The notes beneath the pieces were generated by a model. That model searched no databases and was not told the origin of the DNA. It was given only the letters and a program-made list of their open reading frames with translations. Position numbers and translations under genes: made by a program. Source: an uncultured Pseudobdellovibrionaceae bacterium (GTDB lineage Bacteria; Bdellovibrionota; FAC87; UBA2466). From it: 64,000 nt of DNA. Below, piece after piece: positions 27,031-35,407 of the stretch (positions are counted from its first letter, which is position 1; the number at the start of each line of letters is the position of its first letter). The stretch lies in NCBI GenBank assembly GCA_964604555.1, contig CAZRZK010000012.1, positions 7,870 through 71,869 on the forward strand, given 5' to 3'.

Positions 27031-28413
27031 GTGCAACAAATCACCCTTCTGAACATTAAATCATCGGGTTGGCTCCGGAATGGGCTGCTTTGGCTGCTCC
27101 CCCTATTTTGGTTTTGCTATTCAGGAATTCAAAAAATCCATGGCTGGCATTTCGAGGATCCCGTCCACTTCGGCTTAAATCGGTATGTCGTAGGAGAACT
27201 CCCCATCACTGGGCTCTGGACACAGTCCATGAACGAGGCCTACACCCCACTCACTTACACCGTCATCACCACGTTCAATCAACTCTTTGCGAAGCCGGGA
27301 GAGATCGCTGACACTCAGATCTTTCATCATCTGAATCTTAGCCTTTATCTCGGCTGCATTTTCGCGCTTCACCTCCTACTCACCGCCCTCGGTTTTGCTC
27401 CTCTCGCCTGTTTCTTGGGTGCACTTGTTTTTGCATTTCATCCTCTTCACGTCGAAACAGTGGCCTGGGCCACCTGCGTTCGCGATCTTCTGAGTGGGTT
27501 CTTTATGTTGATCAGTCTTTTTTTCTTCGTTCGAAAAAAAAACTTTGCGACGCTTTTATTTTGTTTAGCGGCGATCCTTTCAAAACCCTCCGGTTGGTCC
27601 CTGCTCTTTCTCTACCCCCTATTTGATTTGCGGCGGGGCTTTCGAATCTCATTATGGACATTACTTTTTCTCCCCATCGGATGGATGCAGAGTCATGCCA
27701 ATATCGAGCGCGCTCAGCATCTGCTCACTCCCACTCCATCGCTCACTAAAATTTTGATCGCCCTCGACTCGCTCACCTTTTACCTTTCCAAACTCCTCTT
27801 CCCTATCGGACTTACTTTCGATTATGGACGCACCACCGCTCGAGTTTTATCCTCTCCCTTTTTCTTTGTGACACTTCCGGTGATCCCCCTCTTAGGAATG
27901 CTCCTCTACCGACGCCAGCGCAGCTTGCTTCTACCCCTAGGCTTCTTCCTCTTTTCGTTGCTCCCCACGCTGGGATTAACCCCGATTATTTTCCAGCACA
28001 TTTCCAACGTGGCCGATCGCTATGCCTTTCTAGCAGTCGCCGCTCTTTCCCTAGTGATTGCGAAATATGCCGATCGCCGTTGGCTGCAGTTGCTGTTAGT
28101 TCCATTTCTGATCTATTGCGCCCTTTATTCTCAAAAGCTGATCCAAAGGTGGGAAAGCGAGGAGCGCCTTTTGACCGAAATGGTGCACGCCAACCCCCAA
28201 AGCTGGCTGGGATATAGCGGACTGGCCAAAAGCCTCTTCCAACAAGGAAAGATGGAAGAAGGGGAAACGCTCATGCTGGCGGCTATTGCCTCCCTCGATG
28301 AGGTTAAAAAGCGGCCTCCACTTCTTTTGATGCTCTCCCGGGTAAAAAAAATGCAGGGGGACCTCCCCAAGTCGCAGTACTACCTTGAACTGGCCCAACA
28401 GTACCAAAAATAG
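27031..28413 (+). CDS. TMTC/PMT-like polytopic membrane protein with C-terminal TPR (putative protein O-glycosyltransferase, DUF1736-type)
   Basis: 460 aa with multiple TM segments. The conserved loop FHPLHVETVAWATCVRDLLSGFF is typical of TMTC-like/DUF1736 proteins. TPR-like C-terminus (WLGYSGLAKSLFQQGKMEEGE...). Confidence 0.6.
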   Translation: MQQITLLNIKSSGWLRNGLLWLLPLFWFCYSGIQKIHGWHFEDPVHFGLNRYVVGELPITGLWTQSMNEAYTPLTYTVITTFNQLFAKPGEIADTQIFHHLNLSLYLGCIFALHLLLTALGFAPLACFLGALVFAFHPLHVETVAWATCVRDLLSGFFMLISLFFFVRKKNFATLLFCLAAILSKPSGWSLLFLYPLFDLRRGFRISLWTLLFLPIGWMQSHANIERAQHLLTPTPSLTKILIALDSLTFYLSKLLFPIGLTFDYGRTTARVLSSPFFFVTLPVIPLLGMLLYRRQRSLLLPLGFFLFSLLPTLGLTPIIFQHISNVADRYAFLAVAALSLVIAKYADRRWLQLLLVPFLIYCALYSQKLIQRWESEERLLTEMVHANPQSWLGYSGLAKSLFQQGKMEEGETLMLAAIASLDEVKKRPPLLLMLSRVKKMQGDLPKSQYYLELAQQYQK

Positions 28414-28429
28414 ACTCCTACAAAACCGC

Positions 28430-28458
28430 TTGCCAGGCTCAAACACTGCCGCTATAAG
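28430..28458 (+). promoter_or_regulatory. sigma70-like promoter upstream of rplC (TTGCCA-17 nt-TATAAG)
   Basis: -35 TTGCCA at 28430-28435, a 17-nt spacer, and -10 TATAAG at 28453-28458. This is 30 nt upstream of the rplC ATG. Pattern match only. Confidence 0.4.
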
Positions 28459-28487
28459 CTAAGGATCTTATTGAGATAGGTAGATAC

Positions 28488-29168
28488 ATGCATATTGGAA
28501 TTTTAGGTAAAAAAGTTGGAATGACTCAGTTCTTCACCGAGGCCGGCATGATGGTTCCCGTCACCGTGATCGATACCACCGGCTGCCAAATCACCCAGGT
28601 GAAGACCAAAGGGCAAGGGAAAGATGGCTACTGCGCTCTTCAATTAGGCATTGGAACTCGCAAGCCTCAGAATGTGACCAAAACCTCTGCCGGCCATTAT
28701 AAAAAGGCCTCGGTTGCGGCAAAAACAGATCTTCAAGAGTTTCGCCTTTGTGGGGAAACCGATATGGCCTCCTTTAAGAGTGGCCAAACTCTCACGCCAT
28801 CGATGTTTACCGTCGGGGATAAAGTGGATGTGATCGGTATCACCAAAGGAAAAGGATTTACCGGCGTCATGAAACGCTATGGGTATAAAGGTAAACATGC
28901 CACCCACGGAACTTCCAAATATTTCCGACATGGCGGATCGAACGGTAGCAACACCTTCCCTGGCCGCGTGCTCAAAAACAAAGGCATGCCCGGGCAGGAA
29001 GGAAACACGAAACGGACCGTTACCAATGTGCAAGTGGTAGCTGTTCACCCTGAAGAGAACTTGATTCTCGTCCGCGGAGGAATCCCGGGACCTAAAGGGG
29101 GCGTGTTGATGGTGCGTTCGGCGATTAAGCGGAAAGCTCCTGAGAACCGCACTTGGGTCGCTGCTTAG
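28488..29168 (+). CDS. rplC: 50S ribosomal protein L3
   Basis: MHIGILGKKVGMTQFFTEAGMMVPVTVI...GITKGKGFTGVMKRYGYKGKHATHG...MPGQEGNTKRTVTNVQVV...LILVRGGIPGPKGG is colinear with bacterial L3. No rpsJ lies upstream and no rplD lies downstream. Confidence 0.9.
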   Translation: MHIGILGKKVGMTQFFTEAGMMVPVTVIDTTGCQITQVKTKGQGKDGYCALQLGIGTRKPQNVTKTSAGHYKKASVAAKTDLQEFRLCGETDMASFKSGQTLTPSMFTVGDKVDVIGITKGKGFTGVMKRYGYKGKHATHGTSKYFRHGGSNGSNTFPGRVLKNKGMPGQEGNTKRTVTNVQVVAVHPEENLILVRGGIPGPKGGVLMVRSAIKRKAPENRTWVAA

Positions 29169-29230
29169 ACCTTTTTTTAACATTCAACACGTTCAATTAT
29201 TCCTATTATTATCAATAGGTTACATTTGGG

Positions 29231-29265
29231 TATATCAATCCAATTAATCTATCCTGATTGATATA
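29231..29265. promoter_or_regulatory. 10-bp perfect inverted repeat (TATATCAATC-15 nt-GATTGATATA) in the AT-rich leader of the second Fic gene
   Basis: Arms at 29231-29240 and 29256-29265 were verified as exact reverse complements. They lie 39-73 nt upstream of the Fic ATG. Confidence 0.4.
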
Positions 29266-29303
29266 TCATTTTTTTTACAAAAAACTAATGTATCATGTGA
29301 CAG

Positions 29304-30380
29304 ATGTCATATAACGCTTCTCTGCCCTTTTCTTTACCTCTCCTGCCGCCTGATCTCGATTTGAGAGATCCCGACATTCTTGAATGGTTGGTGAAGGCAC
29401 ACCAGGAACTTGGGCAATTGAAGGGGTTACTTATGAAAGTCAGCCCAAATCCCCTCTTATTGATCACCCCGACAATCCTCCAAGAATCGGTGGCAAGTTC
29501 AGAAATTGAAAATATTCACACCACTGTCGTTGATGTTCTCCAGGGGGAACTTTTTCCAGAAGTTGAACGAAGGGAGCCTGAAAAAGAGGTGCTTCGTTAC
29601 CGGGATGCCATTCTTTGGGGGCATCAAAACCTGAAAAAACACTCCTTAAATACCCCACTGATTTTGGGAATTCATCAAAGGTTGCTACAGGCTAAAAAGA
29701 CCGAATTTAGGAAGTTACAAAACAGGATCAAGAATACCCTCACCCATGAAGTAATCTACACTCCACCTGAGGCTACCTCGATTTCGAAATTATTAGAAAA
29801 CTGGTGTTGGTATAGCACCACTCCTGAGAAAAAAATGGACCCTCTCGTAAAGTGCGCCATCACCCACTATCAATTCGAAGCCATACACCCTTTTGAGGAT
29901 GGAAACGGAAGAACGGGTCGAATATTGATGGTCTTGAACTTGATAGAGCAAAATATCATTCCATTGCCGGTGCTCTATGTGAGTGGCTTTCTTAAAAACA
30001 ATCGTTCCGATTATTATCAACTTCTCCTATCGGTAACCCGGAATCAAAGGTGGAAGGAATATATTATCTTCATGCTCCAGGCATTTTATCACCAAGCCGC
30101 GAAAACCACCGAAACCCTAACGAGTCTCCTTTTACTTCATGCGGAATATAGAGAAAGAATAAAAGAGAAACACCGAAAAATATACAGCGCGGACTTAGTG
30201 GATCACCTCTTTTCACACCCGCTGACCACCCCCGTAAAACTCGCCCAAGCTATGGAACTCCATCAAGTTACAGCGAGTAAATACCTGCATGAACTGGTAA
30301 AAGGAGGCTTTCTGAAGGATCGATGGCACGGAAAATACCATTTCTTCATCAATGAGAAATTAATTAAACTACTGAAATAA
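29304..30380 (+). CDS. Fic family protein (class II, N-terminal inhibitory motif)
   Basis: Fic core motif HPFEDGNGRTGRILM. Inhibitory-type motif SSEIEN (SxxxEN). The domain order matches the Fic at 15923-16972. Confidence 0.85.
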   Translation: MSYNASLPFSLPLLPPDLDLRDPDILEWLVKAHQELGQLKGLLMKVSPNPLLLITPTILQESVASSEIENIHTTVVDVLQGELFPEVERREPEKEVLRYRDAILWGHQNLKKHSLNTPLILGIHQRLLQAKKTEFRKLQNRIKNTLTHEVIYTPPEATSISKLLENWCWYSTTPEKKMDPLVKCAITHYQFEAIHPFEDGNGRTGRILMVLNLIEQNIIPLPVLYVSGFLKNNRSDYYQLLLSVTRNQRWKEYIIFMLQAFYHQAAKTTETLTSLLLLHAEYRERIKEKHRKIYSADLVDHLFSHPLTTPVKLAQAMELHQVTASKYLHELVKGGFLKDRWHGKYHFFINEKLIKLLK

Positions 30381-31259
30381 ACTATTATGAGACTCGAGCA
30401 ACACTGCTTTTAACTCTTTTTGATCCTGAAAATCGAAACCGAGTTTCGGGAGCTCTAGCTTTTTCCAATTCCCAGTCAAATTGAACTCGATTTGATGGTT
30501 ATTAGTCGAGAAGAAGAACTTTCCTCCTGGAACCAATAATCTCTCGGAAAGCTGAAACAATTTTTCCATCTCTTTCTGTAGCGAAAACACCTTTCCTTTT
30601 TTATCCCGTCCAAAGGTAGGGGGGTCGAGAATAATCCAATCATACTTTTGCCCGCGCCTGATTTCCCGTTCCATGAAATCGATGCAATCCTCAGCGATAA
30701 AACGATGCCCCTCGAGCGAGATTCCATTCAGCTCAAAGTTCTTTTTACCCCATTCGAGATAGCGCTTTGAAACATCGACGCTCGTTACCTGCGCACCACT
30801 GGCAGCGGCATAGACCGAAAATCCGCAGGTATAAGCAAAGCCATTGAAAACTTTACTCCCTGGCTTTATCTGCTCCGACAGGAACTTTCGATTCTCACGT
30901 TGATCCAGAAATAAACCGACCGAATAGGGCTCTTGAGGGTGAATGAGAAATTTCTTCCCGTTTTCGGAAGCGACCACCGAATCGGCTTCTCCCGTTTGGG
31001 GAACCTCGGCATGGCTGCGGTCTTTGGGAAAATTCTTAAAGTAAACTTTCCATTGTTTTAAGACCTGTCGAATCTCCTCCCGATTCACTTCATCTCGCAT
31101 CTGCACGATGGCGACATCCCTATAAACATCAATTGAAGTGCCATTCCCTTCCCCTGGAGTCATGAGCCGGTAGCAGTTGGTCCCTTCCTTCAATAACCGC
31201 TCAACCCCTTGTTGCCTTGCCTCTATAGCCCGCTCAACACCCCTCATTCTCGCCCCCAA
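30369..31259 (-). CDS. class I SAM-dependent methyltransferase, RlmI/RlmK-like (rRNA methyltransferase type)
   Basis: 296 aa. Motifs VFNGFAYTCGFSVYAAASGA.VTSVDVS and DWIILDPPTFGR are characteristic of the RlmI/YccW-type catalytic domain. Confidence 0.7.
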   Translation of the reverse strand: MGARMRGVERAIEARQQGVERLLKEGTNCYRLMTPGEGNGTSIDVYRDVAIVQMRDEVNREEIRQVLKQWKVYFKNFPKDRSHAEVPQTGEADSVVASENGKKFLIHPQEPYSVGLFLDQRENRKFLSEQIKPGSKVFNGFAYTCGFSVYAAASGAQVTSVDVSKRYLEWGKKNFELNGISLEGHRFIAEDCIDFMEREIRRGQKYDWIILDPPTFGRDKKGKVFSLQKEMEKLFQLSERLLVPGGKFFFSTNNHQIEFNLTGNWKKLELPKLGFDFQDQKELKAVLLESHNSLFQ

Positions 31260-31915
31260 TTGGGGGACGGAGGTTCAATTTCGATCCATTTTTCAGGCTC
31301 GGTTGGGTGAAAAAAGCCCAGTTTACTGGCAAACAGGGCAATTCCCTCCGTGTCCCAAGCCGCTCCCCCATAGGGTCCGTCCCCCAAAATGGGGGCTTTT
31401 AGAGAGGCCAACATCGCCCGGATCTGGTGTTTTTTGCCGGTTAGAAGTTCTATTTCAAGCAGGTGGGGGGCTTTTTCCTTTAGATTTATAGCTACCTCAA
31501 CGGTGCCAGGGGTGCTTAATGGTTCAATGATCGCCCTCTTTTTCTCCTCATCCCATCGCCAGCCCAAATGGATTTCCCCGGTTTGGGTTGGAGGCTGGAT
31601 TACCCTCGCTAAATAGAGCTTTTTCACCCTCCGTCCCCTAATTTGAGAAGAAATACGGGAGGCGCCTTTGGAGGTTTTGGCAAAAAGGACCACCCCCGAA
31701 ACCGGCTTATCGAGCCGGTGGATTACCCCCACAAAGACATTCCCCGGTTTTTGGTACTTTTTCTTGAGCCATTCTTTTACCAGGGGGAGCAGGTCCTCCT
31801 GAGTGGACATTCCGGGTGGCTTCAATACCGCAATCAAATGATTATCTTCGTATAGGACTTGCACTACCATACTAAAACTATTAGGACTCTTTCGTGCACC
31901 ACAAACCTCGCCCAT
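31244..31915 (-). CDS. RluA family pseudouridine synthase
   Basis: Catalytic motif HRLDKPVSGVVLFAKT. The likely true start is the Met at 31870 (MVVQVLYEDNHLIAVLKPPGM). That start would remove the 5' overlap with rsmG. Confidence 0.8.
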   Translation of the reverse strand: MGEVCGARKSPNSFSMVVQVLYEDNHLIAVLKPPGMSTQEDLLPLVKEWLKKKYQKPGNVFVGVIHRLDKPVSGVVLFAKTSKGASRISSQIRGRRVKKLYLARVIQPPTQTGEIHLGWRWDEEKKRAIIEPLSTPGTVEVAINLKEKAPHLLEIELLTGKKHQIRAMLASLKAPILGDGPYGGAAWDTEGIALFASKLGFFHPTEPEKWIEIEPPSPNWGRE

Positions 31916-32550
31916 CGGCCGAAACCCTGAACCAAATGCTACGCAAAGCAGGGATCCGCCTCGAGGAGAAGCAACTTTCGCAGCTGTGGTCTTATCACAA
32001 TTTAATCCGGAAACGGAATCAAGATGGGGACCTCACCCGGCTCTTTAGCTTCCATGCCATGGCCATTAAGCATTATTTAGATTGCCTGATGGTGGCGAAG
32101 CTGACCCGTCTCCCCTCTCCCATTATCGATGTCGGCACCGGAGCGGGATTCCCCGGGATTCCCCTGAAGATCTTTCTTCCCCAGATTCACTTTATCTTGG
32201 CCGAACCCCGCCCCCGCCGGATTGAGTTCCTCAAAGAGGCCATCCGAACGGTGGGGCTCAAATCGGTGGAGGTTTTTGAACATAAGGTAACCAGTCAAAG
32301 TTTCGCCCGCCCGGTTTATGGGGTCATCACCCGGGCTCTTGAGACGATGGACAAAACCCTCCTTAGGACCTCGGGGGCGACTCAACCCGGCACCCGACTC
32401 ATCTTTATGAAGGGGCCCAATGTCGATGCAGAATTAAAGGATATTGAAGTGCGTTTTGCCGATAAAGTGAAGTTGATCGAAGATCACGATTATGTTCTGC
32501 CAGGAACCGATCTCCAACGCCGACTCATTGTTTACGAAGCACAGTCCTAA
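31894..32550 (+). CDS. rsmG: 16S rRNA (guanine527-N7)-methyltransferase RsmG (GidB)
   Basis: LWSYHNLIRKRNQDGDLTRL...IKHYLDCL...IDVGTGAGFPGIPLKI matches the RsmG layout. The longest ORF starts at a GTG at 31894; an ATG alternative lies at 31936. Confidence 0.85.
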   Translation: MHHKPRPSAETLNQMLRKAGIRLEEKQLSQLWSYHNLIRKRNQDGDLTRLFSFHAMAIKHYLDCLMVAKLTRLPSPIIDVGTGAGFPGIPLKIFLPQIHFILAEPRPRRIEFLKEAIRTVGLKSVEVFEHKVTSQSFARPVYGVITRALETMDKTLLRTSGATQPGTRLIFMKGPNVDAELKDIEVRFADKVKLIEDHDYVLPGTDLQRRLIVYEAQS

Positions 32551-32563
32551 TGCTCTCATCCTT

Positions 32564-32600
32564 GCATAGTTTATAGTTTACTATAAACTATAAACTATGC
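32564..32600. promoter_or_regulatory. perfect palindrome (17-bp arms, 3-nt centre) covering the start codon of the wHTH-PRTase gene
   Basis: GCATAGTTTATAGTTTA-CTA-TAAACTATAAACTATGC. The arms were verified as exact reverse complements. Each arm carries a tandem ATAGTTT heptamer. The ATG at 32597-32599 lies inside the right arm. Confidence 0.6.
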
Positions 32601-33592
32601 AAACTGCCACTAAATCTCAAATCATTGAATTTATTAAAAAAACCTCTCAGGCTACAGCTCATCAAATCACCCTTCACTTAGGCCTTTCCCCTCAAGCCAT
32701 CCACCGTCAATTGAAAGGATTAATTGAAACCGGAATACTTCAAAAAGCGGGATCACCCCCGAGAGTTTACTACTTTTTAACTCCGATTCGCACCCCAACA
32801 TTTCGCTCTGATTCGATTCCAGAAGACACCCTGAATTTTTTAAAGGATCGATATCTGTACGTAAATCCAAAGGGACACCTTCTTAAGGGGATTGAAGGTT
32901 TTAGAGCATGGACAGAGGGAAATAATCAGGCAAGGCAGATGGCTCTACTCGCTGAAGAATTTGTTAAAACTAGAAAGACCTGGGATCAACACTTTCTACC
33001 TAAAACCTCCTTAATTGACGCCAGAGCTAAATTTCAAAGTACTTTCACCCCCTGCTACTTAGACAAAGCCTACTATCTCGATTTTTACAGTCTACCGAAG
33101 TTTGGCAAAACTGCTCTAGGTGCCCTTGTTCTATATGCTAAGCAGGCACAAAATCGAAAGTGGATCCGTGAAGTCGCTGAAATCTGCAGAGCCCCCTTGC
33201 AGAAACTAATAAAACTGGAAAAAATCGATGCCATTTCTTGGGTCCCCCATTCCCTTCCTCGGAAAATTCCTTTTCTCAAAGAACTGCGAGAAAATTTAAA
33301 GATCCCATTACCTGAAATCTCCTTCCTAAAAGCCTATTCAGGCGAACTCCCCATTCCTCAGAAATCACTCTCAAAATTATCGGAACGCATTGAAAATGCG
33401 GAGAGCACCTTATTTTTAAAAGACCCCAATATTGCGTTTAATAGAATACTGATCCTCGATGATGCCGTAGGATCAGGCGCTACACTCCATGCCATTTCGA
33501 AGAAAATAAAATCAACTCGACCTAAAGCCCTTTGTGTAGGGTTTGCAATCGTCGGAAGCCTTAAAGGCTTTGAGGTGATTAAAGAGGTTTAA
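32597..33592 (+). CDS. winged-HTH plus phosphoribosyltransferase-domain protein (PurR/ComF-like architecture)
   Basis: N-terminal wHTH-like segment (ATAHQITLHLGLSPQAIHRQLKGLIETGILQKAG). C-terminal PRPP-binding loop ILILDDAVGSGATL. Confidence 0.6.
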   Translation: MQTATKSQIIEFIKKTSQATAHQITLHLGLSPQAIHRQLKGLIETGILQKAGSPPRVYYFLTPIRTPTFRSDSIPEDTLNFLKDRYLYVNPKGHLLKGIEGFRAWTEGNNQARQMALLAEEFVKTRKTWDQHFLPKTSLIDARAKFQSTFTPCYLDKAYYLDFYSLPKFGKTALGALVLYAKQAQNRKWIREVAEICRAPLQKLIKLEKIDAISWVPHSLPRKIPFLKELRENLKIPLPEISFLKAYSGELPIPQKSLSKLSERIENAESTLFLKDPNIAFNRILILDDAVGSGATLHAISKKIKSTRPKALCVGFAIVGSLKGFEVIKEV

Positions 33593-33639
33593 AGCTCTTG
33601 TTCACTCATCGAAATGGGGGCTTTGCAACGGAGAAAAAG

Positions 33640-35397
33640 CTAGTAAAGGGCGTCGATTTCCTGTTTGTATTTCTGTGTGATCACTTTTCTTTTTACCTTC
33701 AACGACGGAGTTAGCTCTCCGCGCTCAATCGAGAAATCTTCCGGCAGGATTTTAAACCGCTTGATGCTCTCATAGCTCGCCAATTGTTGGTTCACCTGCT
33801 TCAACTCTTTATCGATAAGACTTTGAATTGGGTCCGATTCAATCAGATCCCGGTAATTCTTTCCTTCTCCGATCTCACCAGGGGCCACCTTTTTAATCTC
33901 CCCTTCATTAAGGGTGAGTAGAGCCACCAAATACTTCTGTTTATCGCCATAAACCATGGCATTGCTGATAAATCGGGAGGCCTTTAAGATATTCTCGATT
34001 TTCTGGGGAGCCACATTCTTTCCGCCCGAGGTGACGATCAGTTCTTTTTTGCGATCGGTGATTTTCAGGTGACCCCGAGGGGTCATCTCCCCGATATCAC
34101 CGCTGCGGAACCAGCCTTCCTCTGTCATGACTTCATTAGTAGCCTCCGCAAAACGGAAATATTCCTTAAAGAGCATCGGCCCTTTTAAGAGAATTTCCCC
34201 GTCCTCGGCGATCTTCAGCAAAGTCCCATTCAACGGCTTTCCTACCGTCCCGAATTCATAACTGTCGGGACGATTGACGAAGACCGGTGCCGTCGTTTCG
34301 GTGAGTCCGTACCCTTCCAAGATCATGATGCCACAAGCATGGAAGAACTGGATCAATTCCTTTCCGATGGGAGCCCCACCCGAAAGGCTGATTCGGAGTC
34401 TGCCGCCAAGCTTGGCTCGAATCTTCTCAAAAACCAGTTTATCGGCGAGCTGGAGCTGGGCCCAAAGGGCTGGGGGCAGTCCTTTTTTCTCAGATCGCAG
34501 CTGAGAGGCTTGCTTTCCCACTTTAACCGCCCAATCGAAAATCTTCCGCTTGGCCGGAGGACCATTCTGGACCTCCGAGATGATCTTCGCGTAAATCTTT
34601 TCGTAAATACGGGGTACGCTCACCAAAATCGTCGGTTTCACTTCATTGATATTGGCCGAAACGGTGTTTACATTCTCCGCAAACCCTAGAGTTAACCCGG
34701 TAAAGATCGGCACTAAACTCTCAACCCGCCCCAAAACATGGGCAAAGGGAAGGAAAGTCATCGTGATGTCTTTGTCTCCTACCTCCAAGATATCAATTGC
34801 CTGGGAAAGGACATGGACGAAGTTATGGTGGGTCAGTACCACCCCTTTTGGGACTCCTGTCGTGCCAGAGGTATAAACAATGGAAGCCATCTGGTTGGGT
34901 TCAATCCCAAGAACATGGGTCTCATATTCCTTGATATCCAAAACCACGCCATCCGACTTAAAAAGTGCCTCCAATCTCACGATAGGAATGTTTTTTCCGC
35001 AAAGTTCCAACGCTCCCTGGAGCTTCAGGTGTTGGGCCTCATTTTCGGCCAGTAGGACACGGGGATCACAGTTCTTTATGATCTCCGCGATCTCGCTTTC
35101 GATTGATGAGTGGTAGATGGGAACCGACACCGCCCCCAAGGAGAGGATGCTCATGTCGGCCATGAACCACTCCGGTGAGGACTGACTTGCAATGCAGACC
35201 CGATCGCCTGGCTGAACACCCAGTTGTTTTAACTTTAAAAACCCAATTTGAACGGAGTGGAAGACCTCCTCCCAATGGATAGGTTGATATTCCCGTTCCT
35301 TCTTAACGAGAAAGGCCCGCTGCTGGGGATAGAGCGTCGCCCGTTTCCAAAAGATATGGGGGAGTGATTTGCCGGTGGTATAGGTATTGGTTGCCAT
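33640..35397 (-). CDS. long-chain acyl-CoA synthetase (AMP-forming, FadD-like)
   Basis: AMP-binding motif IVYTSGTTGVPKGVVLTH; GYGLTET; SGDIG...GHLKITDRKKELIVTSGGKNVAP. Confidence 0.85.
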   Translation of the reverse strand: MATNTYTTGKSLPHIFWKRATLYPQQRAFLVKKEREYQPIHWEEVFHSVQIGFLKLKQLGVQPGDRVCIASQSSPEWFMADMSILSLGAVSVPIYHSSIESEIAEIIKNCDPRVLLAENEAQHLKLQGALELCGKNIPIVRLEALFKSDGVVLDIKEYETHVLGIEPNQMASIVYTSGTTGVPKGVVLTHHNFVHVLSQAIDILEVGDKDITMTFLPFAHVLGRVESLVPIFTGLTLGFAENVNTVSANINEVKPTILVSVPRIYEKIYAKIISEVQNGPPAKRKIFDWAVKVGKQASQLRSEKKGLPPALWAQLQLADKLVFEKIRAKLGGRLRISLSGGAPIGKELIQFFHACGIMILEGYGLTETTAPVFVNRPDSYEFGTVGKPLNGTLLKIAEDGEILLKGPMLFKEYFRFAEATNEVMTEEGWFRSGDIGEMTPRGHLKITDRKKELIVTSGGKNVAPQKIENILKASRFISNAMVYGDKQKYLVALLTLNEGEIKKVAPGEIGEGKNYRDLIESDPIQSLIDKELKQVNQQLASYESIKRFKILPEDFSIERGELTPSLKVKRKVITQKYKQEIDALY

Positions 35398-35407
35398 CTC
35401 TTATGGC

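Noticed and set aside
29155-29178. GGTC-(8 nt)-GACC followed by T7 after rplC, considered as a terminator.
   Set aside because: The stem is only 4 bp. The T-run alone is not enough. It is mentioned under the rplC finding but not listed as a feature.
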